64,000 nucleotides of DNA, from assembly GCA_024704765.1 (NCBI GenBank), contig JAKMXF010000277.1, positions 186,001 to 250,000 of the forward strand. Direction: 5' to 3'. A program made the position numbers and the translations under genes. Under the pieces are notes generated by a model that was given only the letters and a program-made list of their open reading frames with translations, was not told the origin of the DNA and did not search any database. The stretch comes from Oopsacas minuta. Taxonomy: Eukaryota; Animalia; Porifera. This document shows positions 54,023 through 64,000 of this stretch, one piece after another (within the stretch, counting starts at the first letter, position 1; each line of letters starts with the position of its first letter).

Positions 54023-54942
54023 GTGTGAATACGAAATGTAATTATTTTATTAAAATGAATCGAAAACTTTTCCCATTCTAATTCATTTGATAATAAATAC
54101 TTCTTAGTTTGCCAAAACAAGCTAAAATCGTGCAGAAATCTAGCCTAAAATTAATGACATCCTCTTTGATGTATCAACAACATCAATGAATATAATGGAT
54201 AATAAGACTGTATGGGAATAATGTGACCACCACATACATACAGTAACAATTATATACAAACTCCATTTGCTGTATCCAAGCACTAAATCACATAGAATTT
54301 AATGATAACCAATCAAATTAAAATCTCGTTAAACTATAAAGTTCGATCCTTCTATAATATATACATTTTGGTAATGTTGAGAAGTATAAATGCCATTGTA
54401 CAGGTAGATCGAGTAAATTGGTAGTTCAAAAGGTTAATAATAACAATATGCTAAGTCTATGCGATGTAATCTCAATTTGAATTTTGAACTTTGACACTCG
54501 GTTGCTTCTGGGTACCTGAATTTGTCAGAAATGGAATCTAGATTTCATTCAAAGCGAACAAATTTTGACTATCCGTTGGTGTTCGCATTAACGAGATTCC
54601 ACAGTATATTACCCATACACCAACTTCAAAGGCTCGTAAATACCTCAATGGTGTTACTAACACAATTCGGAGGCAAAATAGAATATAAATGAACAAACAA
54701 ATAATTAATGGTTATGATTAAGTCTTCAATCAATAATGGAGACATACTTACATAACTGAAAAGTTGTGAATAAGATGAGGTATAATCCAATTGATTTTCT
54801 CACAGAAATTGAGAGATTAGATAGGAAAGTTTCTCAGATTACAGAATAAATATTCAAGAAATGAATTCCCATAATTTATGTGGATTTAAGCATATAAGTA
54901 GGCTATTAAGTTCATGTATATTCAAAATTAAATATTAATGAA

Positions 54943-55917
54943 ATGGCAAATGCATTTCCAGATGATGAAATAGAAGTAGCAAGCAAATTTTACGAAAACC
55001 CAAAGGAATATGATTTTAAAGATTGCAAATATTCACTGTTGATTGTAGGACCATGTGGAGCTGGGAAAAGTGCGTTTTGTAACTTTCTACTCAAAGAGAA
55101 GAGATTTGCAGAAGCTGCCGGTTTGTTAGCTGGAACTGAGGAAGCAGCACATTGTACTTTCCATTGTAAAGATGGAGATATGTTAGTTGTAGATTGTCCA
55201 GGATTCTGTGATCCCAAACGATCACATAAAGAGATCATGACAGAAATTGGCAAGGCAGCTATTCTTTGTAGAGATGGAATGGATGCGATTGGTATTGTAA
55301 TTGACCCAACTACTCGATTCAGTGAAACTCAAAAGATAAGCTACGAACAAATAGAATTGTTTGGTGGTGAATTTTGGAAACATTCATTCATTATTTTCAA
55401 TCACGAAAAGAAAATTCAAAAGAAACTCAAATATAATAACGCAAGCGATTATATAAATAAAACAATGAACGACCCAAAATGTCCAGCAGAATTTGCAAAA
55501 CTTTTGAACAAAGTTGGCAAACGGTTCATTTGCGTTGAAAGTTCGAAAAAATGGAATGATGAAGAGTATTGGGGGAGTATACGCGATGGGTTGTTAGCAA
55601 TGGTTTTACAGATAAAACTAAACAATGAAGGTTCCTATGTAAATTGCTTTATGGAGCATGGTAAACTAACATATAATGGGCTAGTTGGAATGTGGGACGA
55701 AATGAGAGGGGAAATTGATGCTATGAATAAGAAAATAAAAGAACAGGATAATCATATTTGGGATTTAGAGACAGAGAGAAAGAAGGAGAGTACAAGTTAT
55801 CAAGATGAAATTGATCAAATAACTGAACAATTCAGTATGAGGGTTCAACTGTATGAGGATCAGATAGCGGAATTAAATAAAAAAGTTAATAAAAAGGGTG
55901 GATGCATTGTAATGTAG
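54943..55917 (+). CDS. AIG1/GIMAP-family GTPase with coiled-coil tail and C-terminal CaaX (KKGGCIVM), copy 1, intronless
   Basis: G1 GPCGAGKS, G3 DCPGF, IVIDPTTRFSE, FWKHSFIIF (AIG1 signature), coiled coil, CIVM-stop. Confidence 0.88.
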   Translation: MANAFPDDEIEVASKFYENPKEYDFKDCKYSLLIVGPCGAGKSAFCNFLLKEKRFAEAAGLLAGTEEAAHCTFHCKDGDMLVVDCPGFCDPKRSHKEIMTEIGKAAILCRDGMDAIGIVIDPTTRFSETQKISYEQIELFGGEFWKHSFIIFNHEKKIQKKLKYNNASDYINKTMNDPKCPAEFAKLLNKVGKRFICVESSKKWNDEEYWGSIRDGLLAMVLQIKLNNEGSYVNCFMEHGKLTYNGLVGMWDEMRGEIDAMNKKIKEQDNHIWDLETERKKESTSYQDEIDQITEQFSMRVQLYEDQIAELNKKVNKKGGCIVM

Positions 55918-55959
55918 AACTAAGAATACTGTTAAAATCATGTATTATTGTTTGAAAGA

Positions 55960-56884
55960 GTGTTTGTATGATAGAATAGTAGTCTGTGGTCATATGGATA
56001 GAATATATTAAATTGTGTATACAGAATCTGAAATGCTGGGATACTTTATATCAAAGTGATATAAAGTATATGCAGTTTCTAGAAAGTATATCCAAATGTT
56101 CTCAATGGGGTTTAGATCTGGTGATTGAGCTGGTCAGGGCAAAGTCTCGACAGCATTTTCGACGTACCAAGCTGTGTCAAATTTAGAGGTATGTGAAAGA
56201 GCATTCTCTTGCTGGAACACTTGATTAGGGTAGATGTACTTGTTCTCTAGCCAGAATAGTAAGAGACAGCTACTATACCCAATACATTTCAATCCACACC
56301 TCACGCTACGAGCTGAGACAGGTTAAGGAATGGATTCAGCAAGTTTTGAAGCGATCTCGAAGGATGAATCACGTCTATTGGTGCCACCTATCCTTTTTAG
56401 GGATCGAAGTATTTGGGGAGTTAACTTGGAGGGCGGACCTGACCTAGAAAGTATCTGTGCAGAGCCAGTCAGTATACATTTTGCAATTATCTTACCCACA
56501 GAGCTTCTAGAAATATTTCCAACTATTGAAACAATCTCCCTGCATGATTTCCCAGCTATGAACAGTCTAATAATTTACCCCTGACACTTTGCGAAAAACC
56601 TTATTAGAACCAATTTCAAATTCAAAGTACTATTCGATAGAGAATTGATGTGAATATGATTACTTAGAAGTAGAATTATCAAATAAATGTATGCTAAGTT
56701 TTATCAGTGGAAACTGAAAAATCTATCACGGCTAAATCTGAAATCAATTCAAGGTTGAAACTGCTCGAACCGAATACTGATATTCGGTTGGTAACGAATA
56801 TTGAAGTATTTGTCAAATAATATTCGGTTGCAACCTTGGAAACAATACATAGCAGAGGAAAACATAAAGTTTGGCCACCCAGTG
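55960..56884 (-). mobile_element. Dead, internally deleted Tc1 (DD34E) transposon
   Basis: Terminal TA-CACTGGGTGGCCAAA at 56886-56870; translation GKSCREIVSIVGNISRSSVGKII (HTH), RSGPPSKLT, VSARSVR, FQQENALSHTSK and LP*PAQSPDLNPIENIW, with 34 residues between the last two acidic positions. The other terminus was not clearly found. Confidence 0.88.
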
Positions 56885-56934
56885 TATAAGTAGGTTTGTA
56901 AATCAATTTATGTTCAAAAATAATATCAATTGAA

Positions 56935-57909
56935 ATGGCAAATGTATTTCCAGATGATGAAAGAGAAGTAGCGAGCGACTTCTACGAAAACCCAAATCAA
57001 TATAATTTTAAAGATTGCAAATATTCACTGTTGATTGTAGGACCATGTGGAGCTGGAAAAAGTGCGTTTTGTAACTTTCTACTCAAAGAGAAAAGATTTG
57101 CGGAAGCTACCGGTTTGTTAACTGGAACTGAGGAAGCAGCACATTGCATCATCCATTGTAAAGATGGAGATATGTTAATTGTAGATTGTCCAGGATTCTG
57201 TGATCCCAAACGATCACATAAAGAGATTATGGAAGAAATTGGCAAGGCAGCTATTCTCTGTAGAGATGGAATGGATGCGATTGGTATTGTAATTGACCCA
57301 ACTACTCGATTCAGTGAAACTCAAAAGATAAGCTACGAACAAATAGAGTTGTTTGGTGGTGAATTTTGGAAACATTCATTTATTATTTTCACTCACGAAA
57401 AGAAAATTCAAAAGAAACTCCAATATAATAACGCAAGCGATTATATACTTCAAACATTGAACGACCCAAAATGTCCAGCAGAATTTGCAAAACTTTTGAA
57501 CAAAGTTGGCAAACGGTTCATTTGCGTTGAAAGTTCGAAAAGATGGAATGATGAAGATTATTGGGGGAATATACGCGATGGGGTGTTAGCAATGGTTTTA
57601 CAGATAAAACTAAACAATGAAGGTTCCTATGTAAATTGCTTTATGGAGCATGGTAAACTAACATATGATGGGCTAGTTGGAATGTGTGACGAAATGAGAA
57701 GACAAATTGATGCTATGAATAAGAGAATAAAAGAACAGGATAATCATATTTGGGATTTAGAGACAGAGAGAATGAAGGAGATTATAAGTTATCAAGCTTC
57801 AATTGATCAAATAACTAAACAATTCGTTATCAAGATTCAACAATATAAGGATTCTATAGCGAAATTAAACGAAAAAGTTCATACAAAGGGTAGATGCATT
57901 GTAATGTAG
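56935..57909 (+). CDS. AIG1/GIMAP-family GTPase with CaaX (KGRCIVM), copy 2, intronless
   Basis: Same length as copy 1 (324 aa), same motifs; differences concentrated in the C-terminal coiled coil. Confidence 0.88.
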   Translation: MANVFPDDEREVASDFYENPNQYNFKDCKYSLLIVGPCGAGKSAFCNFLLKEKRFAEATGLLTGTEEAAHCIIHCKDGDMLIVDCPGFCDPKRSHKEIMEEIGKAAILCRDGMDAIGIVIDPTTRFSETQKISYEQIELFGGEFWKHSFIIFTHEKKIQKKLQYNNASDYILQTLNDPKCPAEFAKLLNKVGKRFICVESSKRWNDEDYWGNIRDGVLAMVLQIKLNNEGSYVNCFMEHGKLTYDGLVGMCDEMRRQIDAMNKRIKEQDNHIWDLETERMKEIISYQASIDQITKQFVIKIQQYKDSIAKLNEKVHTKGRCIVM

Positions 57910-57939
57910 AACTAAGAATACCGTTAAAATCATGTATTA

Positions 57940-58156
57940 TTGTTTGAAAGAGTGTTTGTATGATAGAATAGTAGTCTATGGTCATATGGATACAGAATCT
58001 GAAATGCTGGGATACTTATATCAAAGTGATATAAGGTATATGCAGTTTCTAGAAAGTATATCCAAATGTTCTCAATTGGATTTCGATCTGGTGATTGAGC
58101 TGGTCAGGGCAAAGTCTCGACAGCATTGCGACGTACCAACCCGTGTCAAATTTAGA
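57940..58156 (-). mobile_element. Truncated second copy of the Tc1 relic (transposase 3' end only)
   Basis: Near-identical to the sequence after GIMAP copy 1, including LP*PAQSPDRNPIENIW with the same stop; homology ends at ~58156. Confidence 0.8.
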
Positions 58157-59077
58157 CTAAGAAATATAGCTGTTTAATACTTTAGCTAACCTGAAGCACT
58201 AAGAGTCGATAGTATAAGAAATAATGTAATAGCATAAATATAATACATACCATGTAAGCAGCATGAAATATTCTTATCATATTGGGTAATGGAAAATACA
58301 CCTTTGTATGTAATAGAAAGTTGTCGAGCAAAACTAGTTATAAACATCGAAGAAAGATATTTGCAGCTTAGGGATTGAGCGAATAATAGAGATCTAAGTA
58401 TGCTATAGGAATAAGAGATAGGGAAAATAATATAAATTCAGGTATATTCTTGAAAAGGCATTGAAGAGGATTGAGAATGTTTGAGGAGACTTGCTACAAA
58501 TTGATAGGAATGATCAGGTTTCAATTACAGAGTAGAACCTGCATAAACCGACAGTATTTCTGATATGAAATAGCTTCCGACAAATAGAAATTCACCTGCA
58601 TAGAAAAATTGCTAATACGACAAAATTTACATGTCCCAACGAGTGCAGGTCCCACTATACTTAGAGAAGGTCACGAATTTGGAGAGCGTCCCGCGATTTC
58701 GGACATAATGCCCCAGCTGAAACTGACCATAAAGCATACTTCTAAAGTTCCGCCCTGCTATTCCACATATATATCGAAGTAATTATGGCAGTCCCTTGAG
58801 CTTCGATATAACGGGAGTTAATAGTAATTAACACAGTAATAATACCGCGTATTAACCATACGAATTAATGTATATAGAGCACAGTTTTCGTCTATATCAG
58901 TGGTGAGGATATTGCAGTATATAATATGAGGGTCTGTGTATTTTGTTTTTTGGTTTCTTGTTTATGGGAATTTTGTTTCGATTAATTGATCATGCCCCCT
59001 AATTGTAGTTGTGTTTTTCAAGCTATTTAATGTGGGTTTGAGCTTTTATATCGCATTCAATAGTTGTTGATCAGTGT

Positions 59078-59150
59078 GTTTCATTAGCGTTGTTGTTAAG
59101 ATCATTGTCTAACAACCCTGGTGCCCTCGGTTCGATTTCGCACCTGCCTC
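59078..59150 (+). pseudogene. tRNA-Val(AAC)-derived relic / SINE head
   Basis: GTTTCATTAGCGTTGTTGTTA (A-box-like), CTAACA anticodon loop, CGGTTCGATT (B-box); 3' acceptor stem does not pair. Confidence 0.4.
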
Positions 59151-59432
59151 AACTGTAGATTACCTGAAATTGAACATTACATGATTCTTGAAAGTTTCCG
59201 TCATTTCAATATACGTAACCCTAATATTGGCAAAACTGTGCTCTAACAGAGCTTAGAGCTGAGCTCTTTATATATAATCTCTAACCATACTGGCATCAAC
59301 TGTAAATTCAAATTACAATAAAAATATCATAGAAGAATGAAACTTAACAAAAAACAGATTGAATATTCCCTAATATCTGTAATCTAATATTAAATGCTGA
59401 ACGAAACATTAACTAACGAAATATAACGAAAA

Positions 59433-61369
59433 CTATTTCGTACTATTCGAGCTTTCAATAGTTTGTTTATCATCTCCCTGCGAAATTTCACTGTTTTTCT
59501 CCTCTTTTTCACTGCCAATTTCATTCGTTTTTCCTTTCTTCTTTTTCTTGTTTTTCTTACCAGAAGTGCTTTGACTCAAATACCCAACTAATTCTTCATT
59601 TTTAATAGAAAACTCTGATTCATACAAACTACAATCAAAGGGTATACCAGTTATTTTGTAATTTCCACTGGGTCGTAGAATAACAGTATACTTGAATTGT
59701 GCAACAAATTCACCCTCTTTATCAAACATGACGTCATAAGGTTCCATTACTTGATGGTTAACACATTCCGTTACACCCATTCTCGCGCTTTTTAAATCCT
59801 CAATCGCTCGCATAGTGAAAGGCATATTACCGAATTTGGTAGTTACTTCATTTGTAAAAACCCTCGCGGTCTGTAATTTCAATTTATACGCGCTTTCTGT
59901 TCGCCGAAAAATCGTAGGCTTCATGTCAGATTGTTTTAATTTACCCTCTCCAGTCGTGAAAAGAACATCAACATTGTAAACTTCATTTTCAACGAATGAA
60001 CATTTCTTGTACTCCTTCCTCAAGGCTTCTCCCGGGTTTTGGATAATCCGTTTTTCACCTAACATTCTATTTTGCTCCATGTCATGTGAAATAATGCCTT
60101 CAATTGGAAGTGTATTAAATTCACTAGCGCTTAATGTTATTTTCTCTGTTATGTTGAAATTCTGTCCGCCAGGTTTTATGAGTCGTTGTAGAATTTCTGA
60201 GGCGTAGAATGCCGCGAGTATTACATCAGCTTTTCTACCTGACACCTAGATAATATATATATACACTCGTTAATGAAGTACACATTGGTAAATATGACAA
60301 TTATGATTGTAATTATAATTACATCATAAAGAAATCAAAATTGTAATCGATTACATTTCCTGTATTATAATCGTAGTCATAATCAAACATTTTGAATGAC
60401 GTAATCACCATCTGCATCATACAGGAATCGTAATTGTAATCGATTGTAATGAATATGAAAATTCGTAATTCAACAGGATAAGGTGGAGATGCATGATGTA
60501 TTTCAATTGACATACGTACTTTGTTTTCAGGAGATATTCCTACCACAATGGTATGAGCTATTGTAGCAATATACCCATCTATATGTACACCCAAGTCTAT
60601 CTTCACTACGTCACCGTCTTTCAAGTTTATTCCCTACAGAATTACAGTATAAATATAATATTATAGATTCATAATATACAGCAAAATTTGGAGCAATTTT
60701 TCAAGAAATCATAGCACGTACATAGAAATAATGCAAAAGATATGTCGACAGATCGATTGTGTAGTTCGAGGTCTTTACCCTGTAAGTTGTTGGAATTTAA
60801 TCTATAAGATTCTTTTGAATTATATGGCAAAAATCAGCTTAGTAGAAGTTACCCAAATCTACTATTGATTAATATGCAAAAAATTTCAAATAGTTTAATA
60901 TATAAAACAAGAATTGCCGCGGGAATGGGAATTTCGATCATATGGCACTCTAATAGGAAATACAACGAGATATTGTGGGGAAATCCAGTTGTTTCATTGG
61001 GAAAAAACTATGGGATATTCCCACATGATTCCAGTAGGAAGGGAAATTGAAATTCCTGCATCAAATACAAATATTCACCTTATCAGAATCAGGAGAAGGA
61101 TTGTAATTACACGCACAATGATTGACAGATAAACTTGTAGGAAATGCAATTCCTTTCTTCAAACTCTTTTCCTTCCGAAAGATCTTATCAGTCTCTTCCA
61201 AAATAAGTTTATCTCCTTCAATCGACAATTCTAATACAGGTTTACCTGCTTTACAATTCCCAATAACGAATAGCATAACACGATTCGCTATGTCACCAGC
61301 CATACAGTATTTAGTGAACACAGGATCTGTCATTACCTCAGGGGTAGTCTCTAGCTTAGCAGCCGCCAT
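59433..61369 (-). CDS. PA2G4: Proliferation-associated 2G4 (EBP1), MetAP-fold protein; 3 exons (61369-61079, 60633-60520, 60245-59433)
   Basis: [68 protein letters not shown] and a Lys-rich tail; GT-AG phases match. Confidence 0.95.
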
Positions 61370-62348
61370 TTATTGTGTGAAGATTGTAGGGTATATCAAA
61401 ATGTAAATTTATACTAAAAAATTGGATATTAAGTTGAATAGGATTGTAATTGACTTTAACTATAGAATACAGCAGAACTTCGTTAATAAATACACGAACG
61501 TATCTTCGAAATTTGTATGTACTTTAGCCAGAGCAATATCAATTAAAAAACCATTGTAGAGACCTGATTTTGTGTGAATATGCGTTCGTTCTATTACAAG
61601 ATCGTACGTTACACATCGCAATTCGCAATACCCTAGGGCAGAGGTTTCCCAACCTGGGGTCCATACATCCTTTGGCGGTCCACGGAGGACAACAGGGGTC
61701 CATCGGAACTCATATTTTGTATTGAGTTTTGTTCATTCTTTTCAACAACGAGGAATGAAGACAATAATATCCGATCGATTTTACAGCCAAAATCCTATTT
61801 CTTTATATAAATTATACGTTTTTTCGACGACAAAATAATCCTATTTTACTGTAGCTCTACTTACCAACTCTTTGAAACTATTTGAAATCCCAGGAGTTTC
61901 AAATCTTCCCTGGATTTCTAATTATATTTGTAAAGAATATGATTTTTCACTATTTTTGTCAGAAAGTTGCGAGAAATATCCAATATTTTCCCTGGATTTA
62001 ATAATCCTACCCTGAATATCATGCAAATCACAGGAAAGTTGGCAAGTATGTGTACCAAGCTGAGTGCAGGACCTGCTATACCGGTTCTCACGGATCTACC
62101 CCAATGAAAAACCGCGAAAATCAAATCACAATACAAATGGTATCATACTTAGTTTATACCTAAAAAGAATACCAACACATGAATGCATGTATTTATAAGT
62201 AACAAAATACATATGAATATAAGCTAATATTAAATGAGAGTTCAATAATGATCGATATGAGAGTATATAGAGTAAAGAAATAAAATCTTTATACACCAAC
62301 CAATTATATGAATACCATAGCAACCGTATTGCTATGATGGAATTTAAG

Positions 62349-62996
62349 CTATGTAGTAGTGTTTCCAATACCTCTTTTGTATAGTGGACCAAATTTTTTC
62401 ATGTAAGAATGGACGAATTCCGTCGCTTTTATCCGAACAGAATCGTTGAAAAGAAGTTCATTCTCAAAACCTTTCCTATTACTCTCCTTCTCAATAATCG
62501 CGTAAGTTAATTTCCGTGCTAAATATTTAAAATCCTCCGTTGCTGAAATACGACCATATCTACAATCAGGCTTTCTGTATTCGCCTAGAATGCCGATCAC
62601 ATGCTTTGAAACTCTCTGTTTAAAATTTTCACGGAGAATTTCATTTTCAGTAAAACAACGATCTTTATCATCGAAAGATTCATACGGTGATATTGCGTCA
62701 TCAGAATTCGGCGTGATGGGATCTGTCCCAGGTACCAATGGCCTATGAGGACGTATAGTGGGCGTAGTGGGTGAATAATGTTCAACAGCTGTGTTCGCCA
62801 CGGGTCTAGCCGGTGATTGATAGAATGCATTAGTCTCTACAGGACGTTCCCATTGAGTTTCACGTGTAACTGTATTGTAGTAGTACGACTTACCTGTCGG
62901 GTCAGTTGTCTCACGCCAGTTAAGTGGTAATTCAAGAGGTGGAGGAGGTGGAGGCGGATCTGATTCTGGGATTGTAGTGTTTACAGTTGGTGGAAT

Positions 62997-63045
<49 letters not shown>

Positions 63046-64000
63046 GCAACCTGTTGATATTGTTGCTTTTGTTTTTGTTGAGATAATAACAATGAAAGCG
63101 ATGGATTGGCAAGGAATGACAATGGATTTTCTATAGGTGATGGTTGAGTGTTGAGAAGTGTGGCTGTGAGTGCGTTTAACTCTGTCAAAGGATTATGTAC
63201 AATATTCTGCTTACTCAAAGACATTGAATTTATCAAAGTGTTCAGAATCGTGTTATCAGTTGCTGGCGATAATAATGGTGAACTATTGAATGCGGATTTA
63301 CTATTAGGCAACATTGACTGCATCAGGACAGCTAATAGTATCTGTTGCGTAACGTTATCTGGGTATATATTTCTTTGTATAGTTTGGAAAGCTTGTATCA
63401 GTTCATTTGATCTGTTAATATTAACAGAGTTTGTTATGTGCTGGTTATCAAATACTTGTGGGATTGTGGCGGAAAAATTTGGTGTTTCAGAAGTTGTTGA
63501 AATTGTTAATGGTTGCTCTCTGAGAGATTTCGCGAATGCTGATGCTAGATTTGGGTCGCTTAAAACCGCGCTAAGCTCCTGGGGGAGCGGAGGAGGAGGT
63601 GGAGGTGTATGTTCAGTGGGTAAGGTTGTTGGGAGGGGTGGAGCTACACCAGGTGGCGGTGGTTCTTTCTCCTTATTATTCGCGGAAAATATCTCAGCTT
63701 GAGTGGCTAAAAGCGCGAGTTTATCAGAGCTAGCCGTCAGCATAGTAGGAGGCAGTTGTAAAGAAGCATTAACGCTTACTGTCTGTACAGGTATAGGGTA
63801 TCGGATAGGAGCAACTCCTGGCGTAGGATATGACTCACTATATTTGTAATAAACATTTTCCTGATTATTATAGAACTCTTCTGAAGGGTGAAGCAATGGC
63901 TGATGATTCACGAAGTAATCAGGATTCTCTTTGGGGAAATTTGGGTATGAAATGCCATGTTTTCGAGGTTTTTTGGGACGTTTGTAATCATGTCTTTCGT
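62349..64000 (-). CDS. SETD2: 3' end of a SETD2/Set2-like H3K36 methyltransferase (WW and SRI domains); frame is open to the window edge
   Basis: WW domain LPLNWRETTDPTGKSYYYNTVTRETQWERP followed by SRI domain (EYRKPDCRYGRISATEDFKYLARKLTY...YMKKFGPLYK). The SET domain is not in the window. Confidence 0.8.
62997..63044 (-). repeat. (CAA)16 coding microsatellite (polyQ)
   Basis: Pure TTG run on the + strand, just N-terminal of the Pro-rich linker and WW domain. Confidence 0.95.

Noticed and set aside
56330-56584. 84-aa plus-strand ORF between the GIMAP genes
   Set aside because: Antisense to the dead Tc1 transposase frame.
60290-60470. GTAATCGATTAC-type repeats in PA2G4 intron 2 and ORF 60319-60624 extension
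   Set aside because: Looks like degenerate TE subterminal repeats read through from exon 2; termini and TSD could not be defined.
63148-63702. 184-aa plus-strand ORF
   Set aside because: Antisense shadow of the SETD2-like exon with no independent motifs.

Overview
AT-rich eukaryotic (animal) genomic DNA with short GT-AG introns and many intronless genes. The gene set and architecture fit a compact-genome, early-branching animal such as a sponge; this is inference, not verified. Intact genes, left to right: a tandem Ras-association (RA) domain protein, iodotyrosine deiodinase (IYD), a tail-to-tail pair of intronless Smoothened/Frizzled-like receptors that lack the CRD and carry an extra N-terminal TM helix, CCDC40, GGCT, a RETREG/FAM134-like ER-phagy receptor, a 3.8-kb single-exon SPRR-repeat plus alternating C2H2/C2HC zinc-finger protein, a CSAD/GAD-family decarboxylase, a 4-exon Msx homeobox gene in a ~20-kb gene-poor region, two tandem CaaX-ending AIG1/GIMAP GTPases, PA2G4 and the 3' end of SETD2. 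Non-coding DNA holds many hAT, pogo-like and Tc1 MITEs (several nested), a dead Tc1 (DD34E) transposase and decayed class A GPCR genes. Best leads: (1) the 8-TM CRD-less class-F-like receptors; (2) a GIMAP duplication whose junction falls exactly at a Tc1 end plus TA target; (3) the SPRR/zinc-finger protein; (4) Msx with a degenerate eh1 in an exon the ORF track misses and a cluster of CAATTAGC sites in its own intron. No CRISPR array, rRNA or intact tRNA found. All alignments were done by eye against remembered family motifs; no database search was run.
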